The notes: a model not told the origin generated them from the sequence alone. Shown: positions 24,672 through 38,955, numbered from the stretch's first letter. The stretch is DNA of 64,000 nucleotides from Octopus vulgaris (GCA_951406725.2 OX597839.1:5518001-5582000); one strand, 5' to 3'. Made by a program: numbers and translations.

Positions 24672-25138
24672 TTAAAGATCAGACAAAAAAGATCTGTTTA
24701 TTAATTGACATGAGTATTCCTTGCGATCACAATATAAAGGCGAAATAATTTGACAAGTTTAGTAAATATAAAGACCTGCTAATAGAAATTGAAAAAATGT
24801 GGCATATCAAGGCGACTACAGTACCAGTGATTATAGGATCTCTAGGAATGATTAAAAAAGGTATTGAAACCTATTTGAAAATGATTCCAGGCTTACCATC
24901 CCTACAGGAAATGCAAAAAATCGTATTAACTGGAACGGCTCATGTACTGAGAAGAGCATTATCGCTGTGAAAACAACATCCATATCCATGAATTTATTTA
25001 TTTATTAATTTTTAAATACATATTTTATCTGTGAATTTGCGTGTGTAATCTGGGAATGCATACAATGAGCTTCTCTGCCCTAGATGTATGGAAAACTCTC
25101 GAGAAACGGAAGAAAATTTGAAGAAAGAAGGAAAAAAC

Positions 25139-25140
<2 letters not shown>
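24672..25140 (+). mobile_element. Dong/R4-like LINE 3' fragment (RLE C-terminus) within (TAA)n
   Basis: KICLLIDMSIPCDHNI..KYKDLLIEIEKMWHIKATTVPVIIGSLG..LTGTAHVLRRALSL*; (TAA)n on both sides; homologous to 59062-59570. Confidence 0.85.
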
Positions 25141-25176
<36 letters not shown>

Positions 25177-25537
25177 CACTTTAGAATAACAGAAAAAAAA
25201 GACGGCCATATAATTATATAGTCACAGAACTTACAAATATAGAGAAAATGGCATTAGGAAGGATCGTACGCTTTATGTAACACAGAAGTGGGCCGATTAA
25301 GACGAGGGTCACCATCGGGAATCCTAAACCTCATGCGGGCCGCATACCTATGATTGCTCTTAATAAAGTAAAGGTAGCCATCGTAAACAAAACACTGCGG
25401 AGACCTAAATTATACAATATTCACTCGATATTATATTTCTTGACATCTGATGCTTTGATTCGTCGCTACTTTAAGTTTCATGTTTCAGCTTCAACGCCGT
25501 TATAGACAAAATTGCACACGTTCACATAAGTGCACGC

Positions 25538-25591
<54 letters not shown>

Positions 25592-25679
25592 TCGTTTCCT
25601 TGGGTATATACTTACATGCATTTATATGAATATATAACGTTTTCTCTACCTCATTCACTCCACTCTTTCATTCTCTATC

Positions 25680-25712
<33 letters not shown>

Positions 25713-25724
25713 ATGTGTGTGTGT

Positions 25725-25757
<33 letters not shown>

Positions 25758-25853
25758 GCACAAACACACATCTTTTGATAGGCAGGTGAGTAGACAAACA
25801 CGCAGAGAAAGATTAATACACAGAGAGACACACAAGTCTGATAGGTAGATAGT

Positions 25854-25933
<80 letters not shown>

Positions 25934-26323
25934 CAGATAGGCACGCAAATCTATTAATCCAATATTCAGACAAGCACAATTCAAATGTAATCAAAGTGTA
26001 AACAAAAATAATGCAAAAAAAAAAAATCCAAACAAACAAAAGTATATCAATAGAAATAACACAACTGCAGGAATGGATTGAAATACAATAATAATAGTTA
26101 TAAACTTATATACTATATGTGCATGTGTATATATGTGTGTGAGAGCGTGTGTGTATGTAATGTAAAGAAGTGCAAAGTACACATGTACGCATGTATGTAC
26201 GTATGTACGGTTATAGTTTTTATATGTATGTATGCATATATGCAAATATAAATATTATATTTGTATGAGTATATATTCTATACATGTATAATATAATACA
26301 CACCTATATGTATGCATATGCAA

Positions 26324-26394
<71 letters not shown>

Positions 26395-26502
26395 TATATA
26401 CATATATATATATATATACATACATACATACATACATATATATATATATATATGAGCATAAACACATACACACACTCGTGTACAATTATTTGCGTGTGCG
26501 TG

Positions 26503-26554
<52 letters not shown>

Positions 26555-26844
26555 GTGTGTGTGTCTGTGTTTGTGTGTGTGTGTGTGTGTATGTGTGTGT
26601 GTGTGTGTGTGTCTTTATGTTTGTATATATCAAAACATAAAATCAAAATGGCTGAATTAGAAGACAAGAGAATACGAAAGGAAGAGAAAGAGGATGAGTG
26701 AAGTTGGGAGAGTCGGAGAAAGAGAGAGAGAGAAAGAAAAAGAGAGAGAGAAAGACGGAGGATGAGAAAGAGATGGTGGGGGGGGGGGTGAAAGACAAAA
26801 ATACTGAAGCGACACCTGTTATTGGTCTCGAACACCACATCTAC

Positions 26845-26911
26845 CTCGCCAATATGTCCGATAAAGATATTGACATTTCCGGTGGTTTCCTCACATCTTC
26901 ATCTACTGCTG

Positions 26912-26948
<37 letters not shown>

Positions 26949-27009
26949 TTTTTTCTTGTTTTTGCTTCTGTTTGTTATTCATATTCTTTATTCCATTATT
27001 CTCATTCAT
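26845..27009 (-). other. Candidate first coding exon (frameshifted at an A9 run)
   Basis: AAAAATG start; MNENNGIKNMNNKQKQKQEKK, then with -1 nt poly-[24 protein letters not shown](R), ending at GAG|GTAGAT. Confidence 0.3.
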
Positions 27010-27373
27010 TTTTGTAGCTACTTCTGTAGGAATTCTCTAGTTCAGCTCAGCTCTATGTTCATTGAAAAACTATCTTCCATTGTAAGAGATATAGAGTTCG
27101 TACAGACAGAGATTTTGATTATTAATTGTTGTAGTTGTGTACACAATGCACACATGTATAAATTTCTACGTCTATTGATTTCATAACATCAACATATGTT
27201 TATACTGGTCTACCTTTCTTTGTGTCCCAAACCTATACATGCCTAAGCAACAACGAGAGGAAGCAGCAGACTAAATTAAGCATACGAGTATATAAAACGT
27301 ATAAGAGACGTTTGTCTCTCCTATTCTAAATTCAAACCCGTGTATATGTGTGTGTGTGTGCGCGTACGTGCGA

Positions 27374-27424
<51 letters not shown>

Positions 27425-27427
<3 letters not shown>

Positions 27428-28063
27428 TATTAAGGGTAGAAATTGATATTCTGAACACGAAAAGTGGACAGTCAACATGCTAGATATAGACGTCAAATCG
27501 CCATTCTCCACAAAGATTATGTTCTCAAATAAAACTCAGCACAAAACCAAAGCAATAAACAAGACAAATGAAAATATACGAAATAAAATAATTACCCATG
27601 TACTGGTCAGTTTCGGTTGTTATTATCCGCAAGGATAACTGTAACTTCGTCAGCATGGTCCGTATTGAATACAATCTGCTGAACTTGATGCAAAAACGAT
27701 ACCGGAGTGTCGCATGCATGGAGTTCAACCGATTATATTCGAATGTATCTTTCAAATGCCTTTACTTTGGCGCGCTGAGACCCGAAAAACCAGCCTGCAG
27801 CTAATAATTAGAGAACATATTTATTTCATATAAAATTAATTAAGGGTAGAAATTGATATTTATCAATTAAAACCAGTGGTCTAGCATATTAAAAAGAATC
27901 CGAAGATTAAAATATTTATATATACCAATTAAGGACTTTGGTTTTGCTTTGGTTTTGTGCTGAGTTTTATTTGAGAACATAATCTTGGTGGAGAATGGCG
28001 ATTTGACGTCTATATCTAGCATGTTGACTGTCCACTTTTCGTGTTCAGTCCTTAATTGGTATA

Positions 28064-28066
<3 letters not shown>
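27425..28066 (-). mobile_element. HHR-bearing PLE/retrozyme-like element: unit, partial tandem unit and inverted segment, within (TA)n
   Basis: TAAGGGTAGAAATTGATATT repeats at 27431 and 27841; 27944-28048 is the reverse complement of 27451-27555; (TA)n on both flanks. Confidence 0.8.
27596..27658 (-). ncRNA. Type I hammerhead ribozyme with extended stem II
   Basis: Minus strand reads CCAUG-CUGACGA-AGUU-[..UUAUCC-UUGC-GGAUAA..]-AACC-GAAA-CUG-AC-CAG-UA-CAUGG. Confidence 0.8.
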
Positions 28067-28116
<50 letters not shown>

Positions 28117-28126
28117 GATGCTAAAT

Positions 28127-28412
28127 CGGCTATCAGATGTTGCTACACATCGCTGGTCACAATGCGCTTCGCATAGTTTTAGCCTTCAAATAACGCCACC
28201 CCGCTGGCTAATCGAGCAGGCCAACAGAAGAAAGAGTGAGAGAAAGTTGCGGCGAAAGAGTACAGCAGGGATCTCCACCACCCCCTGCCGGAGCCTCGTG
28301 GAGCTTTAGGTGTTTTCGTTCAATAAACACTCACAACGCCCGGTCTGGTTATCGAAACCGCGATCCTACGATCGCGAGTCTGCTGCCCTAACCACTGGAC
28401 CATTGCACCTCC
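28127..28412 (-). mobile_element. SINE family C, tail type 1
   Basis: GGCTATCAGATGTTGCTACAC..CCACTGGACCATTGCACCTCC. Confidence 0.9.
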
Positions 28413-28430
28413 ATATATATACATATATAT

Positions 28431-28502
<72 letters not shown>

Positions 28503-28793
28503 ACTCGTCTACATACAAATATGTTTATGTATATATCCATATATATGTATATACATAATTATATACGCATACATATATGCACAATTGTATGCATATATAT
28601 ATATGTATATATATATATATCTATATATATCTATATCTATATATATATATATATTACATACACGTATATGCACACTCATATATACATATGTACGTACGTA
28701 AAACTCCAGTATCTGTGGAGTCTTCAAGCGGACTGTTAATATGAGGGGAAAAAGCCTTTTCTGAATAATATTATGCGGAATTGCATGATTAAA

Positions 28794-29179
28794 TCTCTCT
28801 CTATATAAACGGCAGTTTGTCTGTGCGTGTTTCTGTGTGTCTGTTTTCTCGTACCCTCACTCTGACCACGTCTTTCAACCGATTCTGATGAAACTTGACA
28901 CACACATAGCCCAATGTCATAATTCAAAACTAACGCAGCGAAAATTTTGAAAAGTTCCCCCAGTTCTGAAAAAGATCGATAAATTCGACATGGGGTCGAG
29001 AATCTGAAACCCAAACCACAGACCGTCTAGGGGACGCAACTCCACCTTTTTTATCCCTCAAAAAAAATTTACCATCATTTTTTTTTCCATTTTTTTGCTA
29101 TTTTTTGGCTATAACTCTCTAAAAATGCTTTATAGTTATTTCCCTTACAAACCTGAGCAACGCCGGGCGATACTGCTAG
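28794..29179 (+). mobile_element. Non-autonomous Helitron
   Basis: 5' A|TC..CTATATAAA; subterminal hairpin CCTGAGCAACGCCGGG; 3' CTAG|T. Confidence 0.8.
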
Positions 29180-29578
29180 TTTGAAATAAAGCAAAAGCTT
29201 GCATAAAATGCTCTCGAGATTTTTTTATGTTTTTTAATCTATTTTTATATTTATTTACTTCCTCTTACGAAGGTTTTTAAAATTTCTTGCCTGCGGTGAT
29301 CATGTACAGCATTATTTCATTCTTTGTACACATATTAATACACATATACGACAGGCCTTTTTTCAGTTTCCTTCTACAGGTCCACTGAAAAGGCATTGAT
29401 CGCTCTGGAACTCAAGCAGAAAACACTTGTCCAGAATACCATGCAGTCGCACTCAACTCAGAACCGTCTGGTTGGGAAATAAACTTCTTACACGCAGCCA
29501 CGCCTGCCCGTGCATGTGCACACCCACACCCACACACACACACATACACATAAACACACATATCTATAGCTATCTATT

Positions 29579-30084
<506 letters not shown>

Positions 30085-30325
30085 AATAAACATATGCATA
30101 TATACATACGTATATGTACGTACCTACATCTATATGTATACATACATGCATATATAGGTACAGGACACCAAAAAAAAAACGTCGAGCACAATGAGAAACG
30201 AAAACATAAAAACAGAACCATGGAAACAGACATTTTTTTAAACAACGGAAAAATCAGGGTACAAGACATATGACGCAAGGAACATTCCCCTTCTTCAGCC
30301 GCCTCCGTTTCGTCTACTCCGCGTT
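30085..30325 (-). repeat. Interspersed repeat; second copy at ~50480-50720 (+)
   Basis: CTACATCTATATGTATA.ATACATGCATAT..GTACAGGACAC..GAGAAACGAAAACATAAAAAC..AAGGAA.ATTCCCCTTC.TCAGC shared in inverted orientation. Confidence 0.75.
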
Positions 30326-31000
30326 ATGCGTTCTGCCGTTACGTTCTGAGTTCAAATTTCGCCGAGGTCGACTTTGCTTTTCATCCTTTCGGGGTTGATA
30401 AATTAAGTATCAGTTACGCACTGGGGGTCGATATAATCGACTTAATCCGTTTGTCTGTCCTTGTTTGTCCCCTCTATGTTTAGCCCCTTGTGGGCAATAA
30501 AGAAATATATATAGTGGTATAAGGCGGCGAGCTGGCAGAAACGTTAGCACGCCGGGTGAAATGCGTAGCCGTATTTCGTCTGTCGTTACGTTCTGGGTTC
30601 AAATTCTGCCGAGGTCGACTTTGCCTTTCATCCTTTCGTGGTCGATAAATTAAGTACCAGTTACGCACTGGGGTCGATGTAATCGACTTAATCCGTTTAT
30701 CTGTCCTTGTTTGTCCCCTCTGTGTTTAGCCCCTTGTGGGTAGTAAAGAAATATATATTGTGATATAAGGCGGCGAGCTGGCAGAAACGTTAGCACGCCG
30801 GGTGAAATGCTTAGTCGTATTTCGTCTGTCGGTACGTTCTGGGTTCACTTTCCGCCAAGGTCGACTTTGCCTTTCATCCTTTCGTGGTCGATAAATTAAG
30901 TATCAGTTACGCACTGGGGGTCGATGTAATCGACTTAATCCGTTTGTCTGTCCTTGTTTGTCCCCTCTGTGTTTAGCCCCTTGTGGGTAGTAAAGAAATA
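30326..31000 (+). mobile_element. SINE family A triple tandem array
   Basis: Three units separated by similar spacers ATATAGTGGTATAA / ATATTGTGATATAA. Confidence 0.9.
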
Positions 31001-31568
31001 TATATACGGTGTTCATAACGCGAAAAATTATAATCTCAATAACAACAATTTCTCATCTCACAGACGTAGTACAAAAATTTCAAAAAACAACGTGGTGTTA
31101 TCTAATATTAAAGGCTCGGCTTTTCATTTGTGATTCTAAACGATTTATGTTCTGTGAGACACAGGCTAAGTTTTTACACTTTTGAAGCTGTAATATTTTA
31201 CGTACAAATATATAATGTCTTAGAACTTGGTGCCAGAGATATTTCAAAATGAGAAGAGGATCATGATTAATCAAAACTAATGAAATTATTCCTATTTTTC
31301 TTCTCCCCATTCCACTCGGTCCTCCTTCCTCTCATCCCACCAAGAATATACACACACATACATGTATATCTACATAATACGTACACGCGCACGCATACTT
31401 TATATGTATGTAATACATCTATACACATACGCATATCTTTATTTTTCATGCGTATAAATATCCACACACACACGCATATATACATATATAAATATTAAAG
31501 TTGGCTTATTCGCAATTTACAATCGAAGGGCAGATGTATAGACGTTGCTGAAGGGACTAAGCGTACAA

Positions 31569-31710
31569 GTTAGCACCAACACTGCTAGAAATAAGAGTCA
31601 AAACAACCCTTAGCCACGAGAAAGCACTTATCTTATCCTTGTAAGTCATAAGTGCTTTTTTGTGGCTAAGAGGTGTTTTGACTCTTATTTCTAGCCGTGC
31701 TGGTGCTAAC
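31569..31710. repeat. ~62-bp-arm inverted repeat
   Basis: GTTAGCACCA..GCTAGAAATAAGAGTCAAAACA..CTTAGCCAC..AAAGCACTTAT and its reverse complement. Confidence 0.85.
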
Positions 31711-31823
31711 AAGCACCCTTACTCACTTTAATATCTACATACACACATATATATATGTTGTCATGATAGATCTTTAGCCACTACATACATTTTTTTCTCT
31801 CTTCTTGTTTTTTTTCTGAGTCC

Positions 31824-31858
31824 CTTTCTGTAGAAGAGCGTAGGCTCGAAACGTAAAA
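31824..31858 (+). ncRNA. Minimal hammerhead-like motif with core substitution (CUGUAGA)
   Basis: CUUU-CUGUAGA-A-GAGC-GUAG-GCUC-GAAA-CG-UA-AAA. Confidence 0.4.
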
Positions 31859-31949
31859 TACTTTTTCTCTTCCTGAGCATTATACTAATACATCTGTTTG
31901 TTTTGCACACAACCTGTCTTAGTCTTTTGTTTTTTTCGTAAACTCTCCC

Positions 31950-31982
<33 letters not shown>

Positions 31983-32005
31983 CTATATGTATACGTATAT
32001 ATATA

Positions 32006-32062
<57 letters not shown>

Positions 32063-32112
32063 GTATATATAAATATAGATAAATATGTATATATATGCAT
32101 ATATACATACAT

Positions 32113-32153
<41 letters not shown>

Positions 32154-32559
32154 ACACGCGCACACATACACTATGCATTTATTTTTGTGTATTCATAAAT
32201 ATACACACAGACATTTTAAACTTCATATCAGTTTGTATATGTGTGTGTTTGTGAGTATGTGTCTGCATGTGTGTTTGTGCGTGTGTGTGTGTGTGTGTGT
32301 GCATGTGTATCTAAGAAGAGATTTGTAAAGAGCGTGAGCAAGGAAAACAGATAGATCAAATAGACGGAACGCGAGCAACAATCCAGACATAGGTTACTTA
32401 ACCCCCTTATCTTCCAAAAGGGACAACATCCATGGGGTAAAGCACACGCAGAAGAGATAATATTAAATCCCACCACCCTGAAGAAGTCAGCCAAACAACA
32501 AAGATCTGGAAAGGGTACAAAATCACATTGGTGCTGCAGCTTGGCCTCAACTTAAACGA

Positions 32560-32700
32560 ATAAAAGACGGCATCAGTCTCGAACTCACTCCATCACCAAC
32601 AGCCAATCATATGAGACTGACCTTTGAAAAAAAGGTGATTACACTGACGGTGCTCCAACATGGCCACAGCCTTTGGGCTGAAAACGTAAAGAAGAAACAT
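32560..32700 (+). mobile_element. LINE 3' tail of the same type as 770-830
   Basis: GACGGTGCTCCAACATGGCCACAGCCTTTGGGCTGAAAAC. Confidence 0.55.
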
Positions 32701-32759
32701 AAGAAATAAAAGCAATAAGGAAATATGCTCACACACACAGACACACACACACTCACATT

Positions 32760-32793
<34 letters not shown>

Positions 32794-32797
<4 letters not shown>

Positions 32798-33050
32798 CGT
32801 GACCGACCAGGCTATCAGATGATGTAACACATCGCTGGTCACAATGCGCTTCGCATTGTTTTAGCCTTCAAGTGACGCCACCCTGCTGGCTAAGAGAGCA
32901 GGCCAACAGAAGAAAGTGTAAGAGAAAGTTGTGGCGAAAGAGTACAGCAGGGATCGCCCTCCCCCCCCTGCCGGAGCCTTGTGGAGCTTTAGGTGTTTTC
33001 GCTCAATAAACACTCACAACGCCCGCTCTGGGAATCGAAACCGCGATCCT
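32794..33050 (-). mobile_element. SINE family C, tail type 1, 5'-truncated
   Basis: TCACCGTGACCGACCAGGCTATCAG..GAATCGAAACCGCGATCC. Confidence 0.9.
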
Positions 33051-34073
33051 ATAAATACGCATTTATATGCGTATTTGTGAATGATATTAACAATTCTCAG
33101 AGAGACAGTCTATACGCCATTGGCAGTCGCACAGAGTGAGTTGGTTCTATTTGGGAATATCCGTTGGTGTACAGGCGCGTATGTCTGGAACTATATATGA
33201 ATATGTATATATCTGTGCGCTAGCGTGTGTCTATATGTATGTGTGTACGTATAAAATTAATGTATATATATATATATATGTATGTGTTAGTGTACATGTC
33301 TATATAATTATGTGTTGAGGTAAAGGGATTAGTTTTATGTATAAAAATAAGATTAAAAATTCATTCTGTTGGCTTCAATGATGTCGACATAACTATGTGA
33401 GGTTGATGGAGGTCAGAAATGTGATATTTACGCACATTATGCGTAAGAATAACATTCTGTGTGTTTGTGTATGTGTGTGTGTGTGTGTGTTTGTGAGCAT
33501 ATGTGTGTGTATGTGTGCGTGCGCATGCGTGAGTTTCGTTACGAATATTTGCAATATATATTTAACATAAGTCTTCATACAATCATAAAGTCTTTCGTTA
33601 TATCAATGTAACTTTCTGTCTCACTCTCTCTTGCTCTGCCGCTCTTTCGTTCTCTCTCTATATCTCTATCTCACTGTCTTTCATTCTCTCTCTGTCTCTT
33701 TCTCTCTCACTGTCTTTTTCATGCTTTCTGTCAGTATGTATATATACACACAGACGTACACACACACATATGGTACAGTAAGAAGCTTGCTTCCAAATCA
33801 GATGGTTCCAGGTTCAGAACCACAGCGAAACACCTTGGGAAAGTGTCTTCAACAGAAGCTTCAGGCCGAATAAAGCCTTATGAATGGATTTAGCCCGTTG
33901 TATATATGGATATATATATATATATATATGACTGACCGACTACTGGTCTTTTATTATTACGTATTATTTTTGTATTCATATTAGTGTAACATCGTCCATT
34001 TTTCCGTCCTTGTTTTGTATACATTCGAGGCTTTCTTCCAAGGAATCTAATGCTCTTAGCTTAGTTTTTCCTT

Positions 34074-34168
34074 GGGGCTGGCCAGATTGGAGCAATCTCA
34101 AGATTAATCAGCCGAAATTGCGAGGGTGGTCTGGTTCTTGACTGAAGATTAAAGGCTTCGAATGTCCC
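34074..34168 (+). ncRNA. Structured, pseudoknotted repeat RNA (copy 2)
   Basis: Pairings GGGGC/GUCCC, CCAGAUU/GGUCUGG, GCAAU/AUUGC and UCAAGA/UCUUGA, followed by CUGAAGA. Confidence 0.55.
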
Positions 34169-34253
34169 GCCCGTGCTTTTTGTATCGTCTTCTAAATGTT
34201 TTGCGTGCTTGTCCCAGTATTTATATATGTGTGTGTGTATGTATGTATATAAA

Positions 34254-34321
<68 letters not shown>

Positions 34322-35067
34322 GATCTATCTATCTATTTATCTATCTATCTACCTATATATATGTATATATATATATGTGTGTGTGTGTATGTATGTATGT
34401 AACGTGTTTGTGTGTTTGCGTATACATATATATGCATGTGTGTATGTGTGTCTTTGTTTCTGTGTTTATCCCCTGCATCCGATTGAAGACCGGTGATGGT
34501 GTGTTTACTTCTCCTTTAGCTAGTAGCATTACGACAAATGATATCGCTATAATAAATACCGCTTTAAAAAGACAAAAAAAAAGTACTGGTATCGCTTCTT
34601 TTGTCTAAAACTCTTCAAGGTGTTGCTCCAGCATGACATGACCGTAACAGGCAATATTACAGCATGCTGTAACAGGTAATTGTTACAGGTAAAGTTTCAG
34701 TCAAAAATATGCGTACAGTAAAAAAAAAATGTACGCATATTTTATTGAAAACACAACTGTCTCCAAGAACTACACTCCACATCGTTCATTATTTTGGTCT
34801 ATGATTCTCTTGAAGCTATTCTGGAACCATAACGTTCCCGAATGTTCCACCAACGTGTCCAGACATATTTATTCTCAGTACCTGGGTGAAATTATATTGA
34901 CGTCTTTCAGTTCCTCTTTATAGCAAGTAAGGGCAACCACATTGGCCCCGTCTATAATAAATTCTTAATATATCCTCTCTCCTTATAAGCATGTGTTTCT
35001 CTCTATATGTAATTTCATACATGCGACTATATGAGTAAGTTTAAACATCTATCTTTTCCGTGAGTGC

Positions 35068-35125
<58 letters not shown>

Positions 35126-35229
35126 GCGCGTGTGCATGTGTGTGTGTATGACTGTGTGTATGTACGAGTGTGTGTGTGCTTTTGTGCGTCTGTTTACTAC
35201 CTACATATTTTATTGTCCAGCCAGGCAGG

Positions 35230-35353
35230 CAAAGAATATTTCGTCCGCCATATTCTAGCAGACTTCTGTGAACCAGACAAAACAATGATTGGAATAATAT
35301 AATCGAATTGAGTGTTCGAATAGACTATAATTATATAAGAAGATGGAATTGAA
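35230..35353 (+). repeat. ~125-bp module duplicated in inverted orientation at 38564-38690
   Basis: CCGCCATATT..CTTCTGTGAACCA.ACAAAACAAT.ATTGGAATAATAT..AGACTATAATTATATAAGA..GATGGAATTGAA is present in both. Confidence 0.8.
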
Positions 35354-35452
35354 GCTGTACGCTCAATTATACAGACTTATATACATGCATAGACACACAC
35401 ACACACATATATATTCAACACTCACACACATTCATACACACACATATGTATG

Positions 35453-35494
<42 letters not shown>

Positions 35495-35511
35495 CGTGTA
35501 TAGAGATAGAG

Positions 35512-35621
<110 letters not shown>

Positions 35622-35732
35622 GTAAGTAGATATGTGTATAGATATACATACATGTATATAACTGATATAGTGATATATATGCATGCATATGTATAGACAC
35701 ATATACGCGCATATATACACGCAAATATATAT

Positions 35733-35787
<55 letters not shown>

Positions 35788-35953
35788 CACACTCACAGAA
35801 ACATTAACAGGCGGTGCTATTAACCTAGACGTGGTCTGGATTAATAGTATGCAAAAAAAATCTATTGTCTAATATACATGGATATATACTCCTGTGTGTA
35901 TACATACCTATATATATATATATGTGTGTATGTGTGTGTGTTGCGTGTGTGTG

Positions 35954-35999
<46 letters not shown>

Positions 36000-36798
36000 C
36001 ACACTCAGACACACAGATACACACTCACACTCTCTCTGATATATACACACACACACACATATATATATATATACATGTAATACTACTTGGGTTAGCATTA
36101 AGATGTAAAAATCTAATAATCGATGCTATGATATAAACATGATATAATGTGGTATTACATGATGAGACACAGATGATTCACAGGACCCACCGATATCGAT
36201 AAATTGCATTTTCTTTTTATTTTTGTAGAAATGAGTTATTACTGATGTTTTTACGAAATGCTCTTGTTATTACCCTCGTCATCATCTCTGAACGAAAGGC
36301 AATCCGTCAGTGACCACCGCCATTAACTTCATTTTTTGGGGTTTTTTTTTTCTATATGCAATGAACTCGCTGACGCCTGCTAACTCACATCCAAGTCTAT
36401 TCTCAGACAGAAGGGTATAACTTGAGGAATACATTGCTACTATTTCTAGAAAATCAAGGCACTCTCGCCGTCTCAGCTGATGCTTTGTTTTTGCCCACTG
36501 TGGCTGAATATACCTAGTGATTCTATAACTGTAAGTCCATGTTCATTCCTTTAGTTACTTCATATATACTCGGGCTGCATCACAGTTAGATGGCACAATC
36601 ATTTGCACGTCGGTCAGAAATATCCATTGGTATTTCTTCCGGTATTTTCCGTTCCGAGTTTGTGCTTGCCTTTCCGGTATTTTCCTTTCCGAGGTTGTGC
36701 CTGCCTTTCTTCCATTCAGGGTAGAGAGTGGTCCAAGGGAGGTAACAAGTGGCAAGGGGACAACTAACACCGCAGTATAATTTTTGAAGTGGTGAAGT

Positions 36799-37520
36799 TT
36801 ATATATTAAGGTATGGTCTGTACTATTTTATGAAGAGATTTTCCTTGTTTAGGCGTTCTTGTAAGGAGATTGAATCTTTGCACCGGTATAATGGAAAGAT
36901 ATGGAAATTCAGCGTTTTATTTCTTGCGCATCTGTCGATATGTTCGCTCATATCTATCTGCTTGTACTGAGGAAAACGAATCTGTTATTTATGCAGCGTG
37001 ACTCTGCATCTCAACGTAAGGCTCGTTTGGCCCACATAATTGTGGCACAACCTGAGCAGTTTTGGACATAGATAAGGTTCTGGGAAGCACATGTGAAGTT
37101 GGTCTTAATTGAGAATTTTTCTCCATGCTGGAATTTGAATTCCGAGCCTTCAGTTAGGTGTGGGCATGTACCTCATACCTATTTTAGGTCGTCTGCAATT
37201 TTTAAATGTTGGTATCTTATGTATTGAGTATAGTTTTGCATTTGTTTGTAGTCTCTTGCGTGATTTGTCTTGTCTTTTGCATTTGAGGAGTGTAGGTGTA
37301 TTTAGAATATTGTTCATTTTCGAGTCTTGAATGAGGAGAGGGATGTTTTGTATAATTGTGTTGCATGCTTCATTGTTTCTGGGGTTGTGGGTTGATATGC
37401 ATAGGAATGATTAAAATGTTGTCCTTAGTGTGCTCGCATCCAATTCCTTGGCACGTTCAATTCCATGGTCTATAAGGGCTGGTGGATATTGACGTTCAAT
37501 GAGAGTTATTTTAAGGTCTT
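36799..37520 (-). pseudogene. Penelope-like element (Neptune-like) RT-thumb/linker and GIY-YIG endonuclease relic
   Basis: Minus strand: LIERQYPPALIDHGIERAK..STHNP..KRQDKS..; GTCPHL..FTCASQNLIYVQNCSGC/NYVGQTSLTLRCRVTLH..ERLNKENLFIK*YRPYLNI*; contains stops and frameshifts. Confidence 0.85.
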
Positions 37521-37789
37521 GTCTCCTTTGCCACCTGTTACCTCCCTTTGTCTACTCTCTAGACTCATTCTTATTTTTCAAGCATCCAAAATGACGAGAC
37601 CCCTTTGTCACAAGAATTGATTACTTCACAGTGAGCCTTGAAAAGCTAATTTAAATAACGAAAACCGGTTGGATATCACTACATTCTTTAAATATGTATA
37701 TATATATTTTTTAATTTCTTTATAAAAACATATTAAACTATGATTTCCACATATTTTCAACTATATATATATATATATATGGTGGCTGC

Positions 37790-38335
37790 CCCCTCGTTAT
37801 CGAGTATGGCCATTGTACGAAGCTTAATCAATGTTGTTATCGTGCAATGCATGTGCAAGAAGATTTTTTTTAAAGTGGGGAAAGGCTTTGCACTGAGTCA
37901 ATCCCACTCACTAAGCAACAGTAGCCATAATCCGAAAAGAAGAACAAGTCAACATCATCGGTAACCACTGAGTCGCAGGTTTTATATCGGAGTTATCACA
38001 GTTACCTGAGTTACCTTCTCCTAGAAGGATGCCCTAACAAAGGCTAGGAGTCCTCCACTCCCAATGGTTTAACCGTGCGATCGGGTATTCAGTCCGATTA
38101 TTTCTATGTCCCCGCGCATGATCCAGCCTTAAGACATTTATTGGATGGCCGTTGACTCTCAAGAGTTCCTCCGCCCTTTGACGGGTGTTGTTTTTCATCC
38201 CGCAGGGTGTCCAATAAACACCCTCCTCACCAAGCAAGCTTGGTGGAGTTGCCGGTTTAGTCGCTGACGACCCGACAAGGCAACAGGTTGTACTGGTTTA
38301 CATGTTACCTGTAGCACTCAAAAGTGACCTGACAC
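37790..38335 (-). mobile_element. Probable RTE-related non-autonomous element
   Basis: Minus TTAGGGCATCCTTCTAGGAGAAGGTAACTC resembles RTE-clade 5'-region motifs; GC-richer island between TA tracts; no ORF. Confidence 0.4.
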
Positions 38336-38340
38336 TATAT

Positions 38341-38424
<84 letters not shown>

Positions 38425-38955
38425 GTGTGTGTGTTGGTGTCTTTCTATGTATGAATAGGAATATATGTATATATGTATATGTCTGTGTATTCATGTCTAG
38501 TACACAGACACGGATTCACACGCACACAGAGACATATATGACTGAGAGAGCAGGCACTTTTGTTTCAATTCCATCTCTTATATAATTATAGTCTCCTGGA
38601 AGATTGAAGTCCGTAATATTATTCCAATAATTGTTTTGTTTGGTTCACAGAAGGCGGGCACAATATGGCGGAAGAAGATTTTTTCGCGTGGGCCGCATAG
38701 ACAATAAAATAACTCGGTGATAAAAGCAAAAAAAACATATAGTCTCTCTCTCTCTGTCTCTCCTCCTCTCCCTCTCACTTTCCCCTCTCTCTCTATCTCT
38801 GTTAAACACACACACACACACACACACTTATAGGGACACTCATAGAAATTCAGAAGCCTAAATATATTTATATACATATATAGAACTATATATGTGTGTG
38901 TGTGTTGGTGTGTTTGTGTGTATACAAAATTGCATACGTGGGCATATGGGTGTAT

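Noticed and set aside
30326-31000. Repeat-spacer pattern suggesting a CRISPR array
   Set aside because: Units are ~230-bp SINEs in a eukaryotic context; no cas genes.
38240-38335. Possible HDV-like ribozyme at the 5' end of the RTE-like element
   Set aside because: Could not build the P1/P1.1/P2/P3 nested double pseudoknot by eye.
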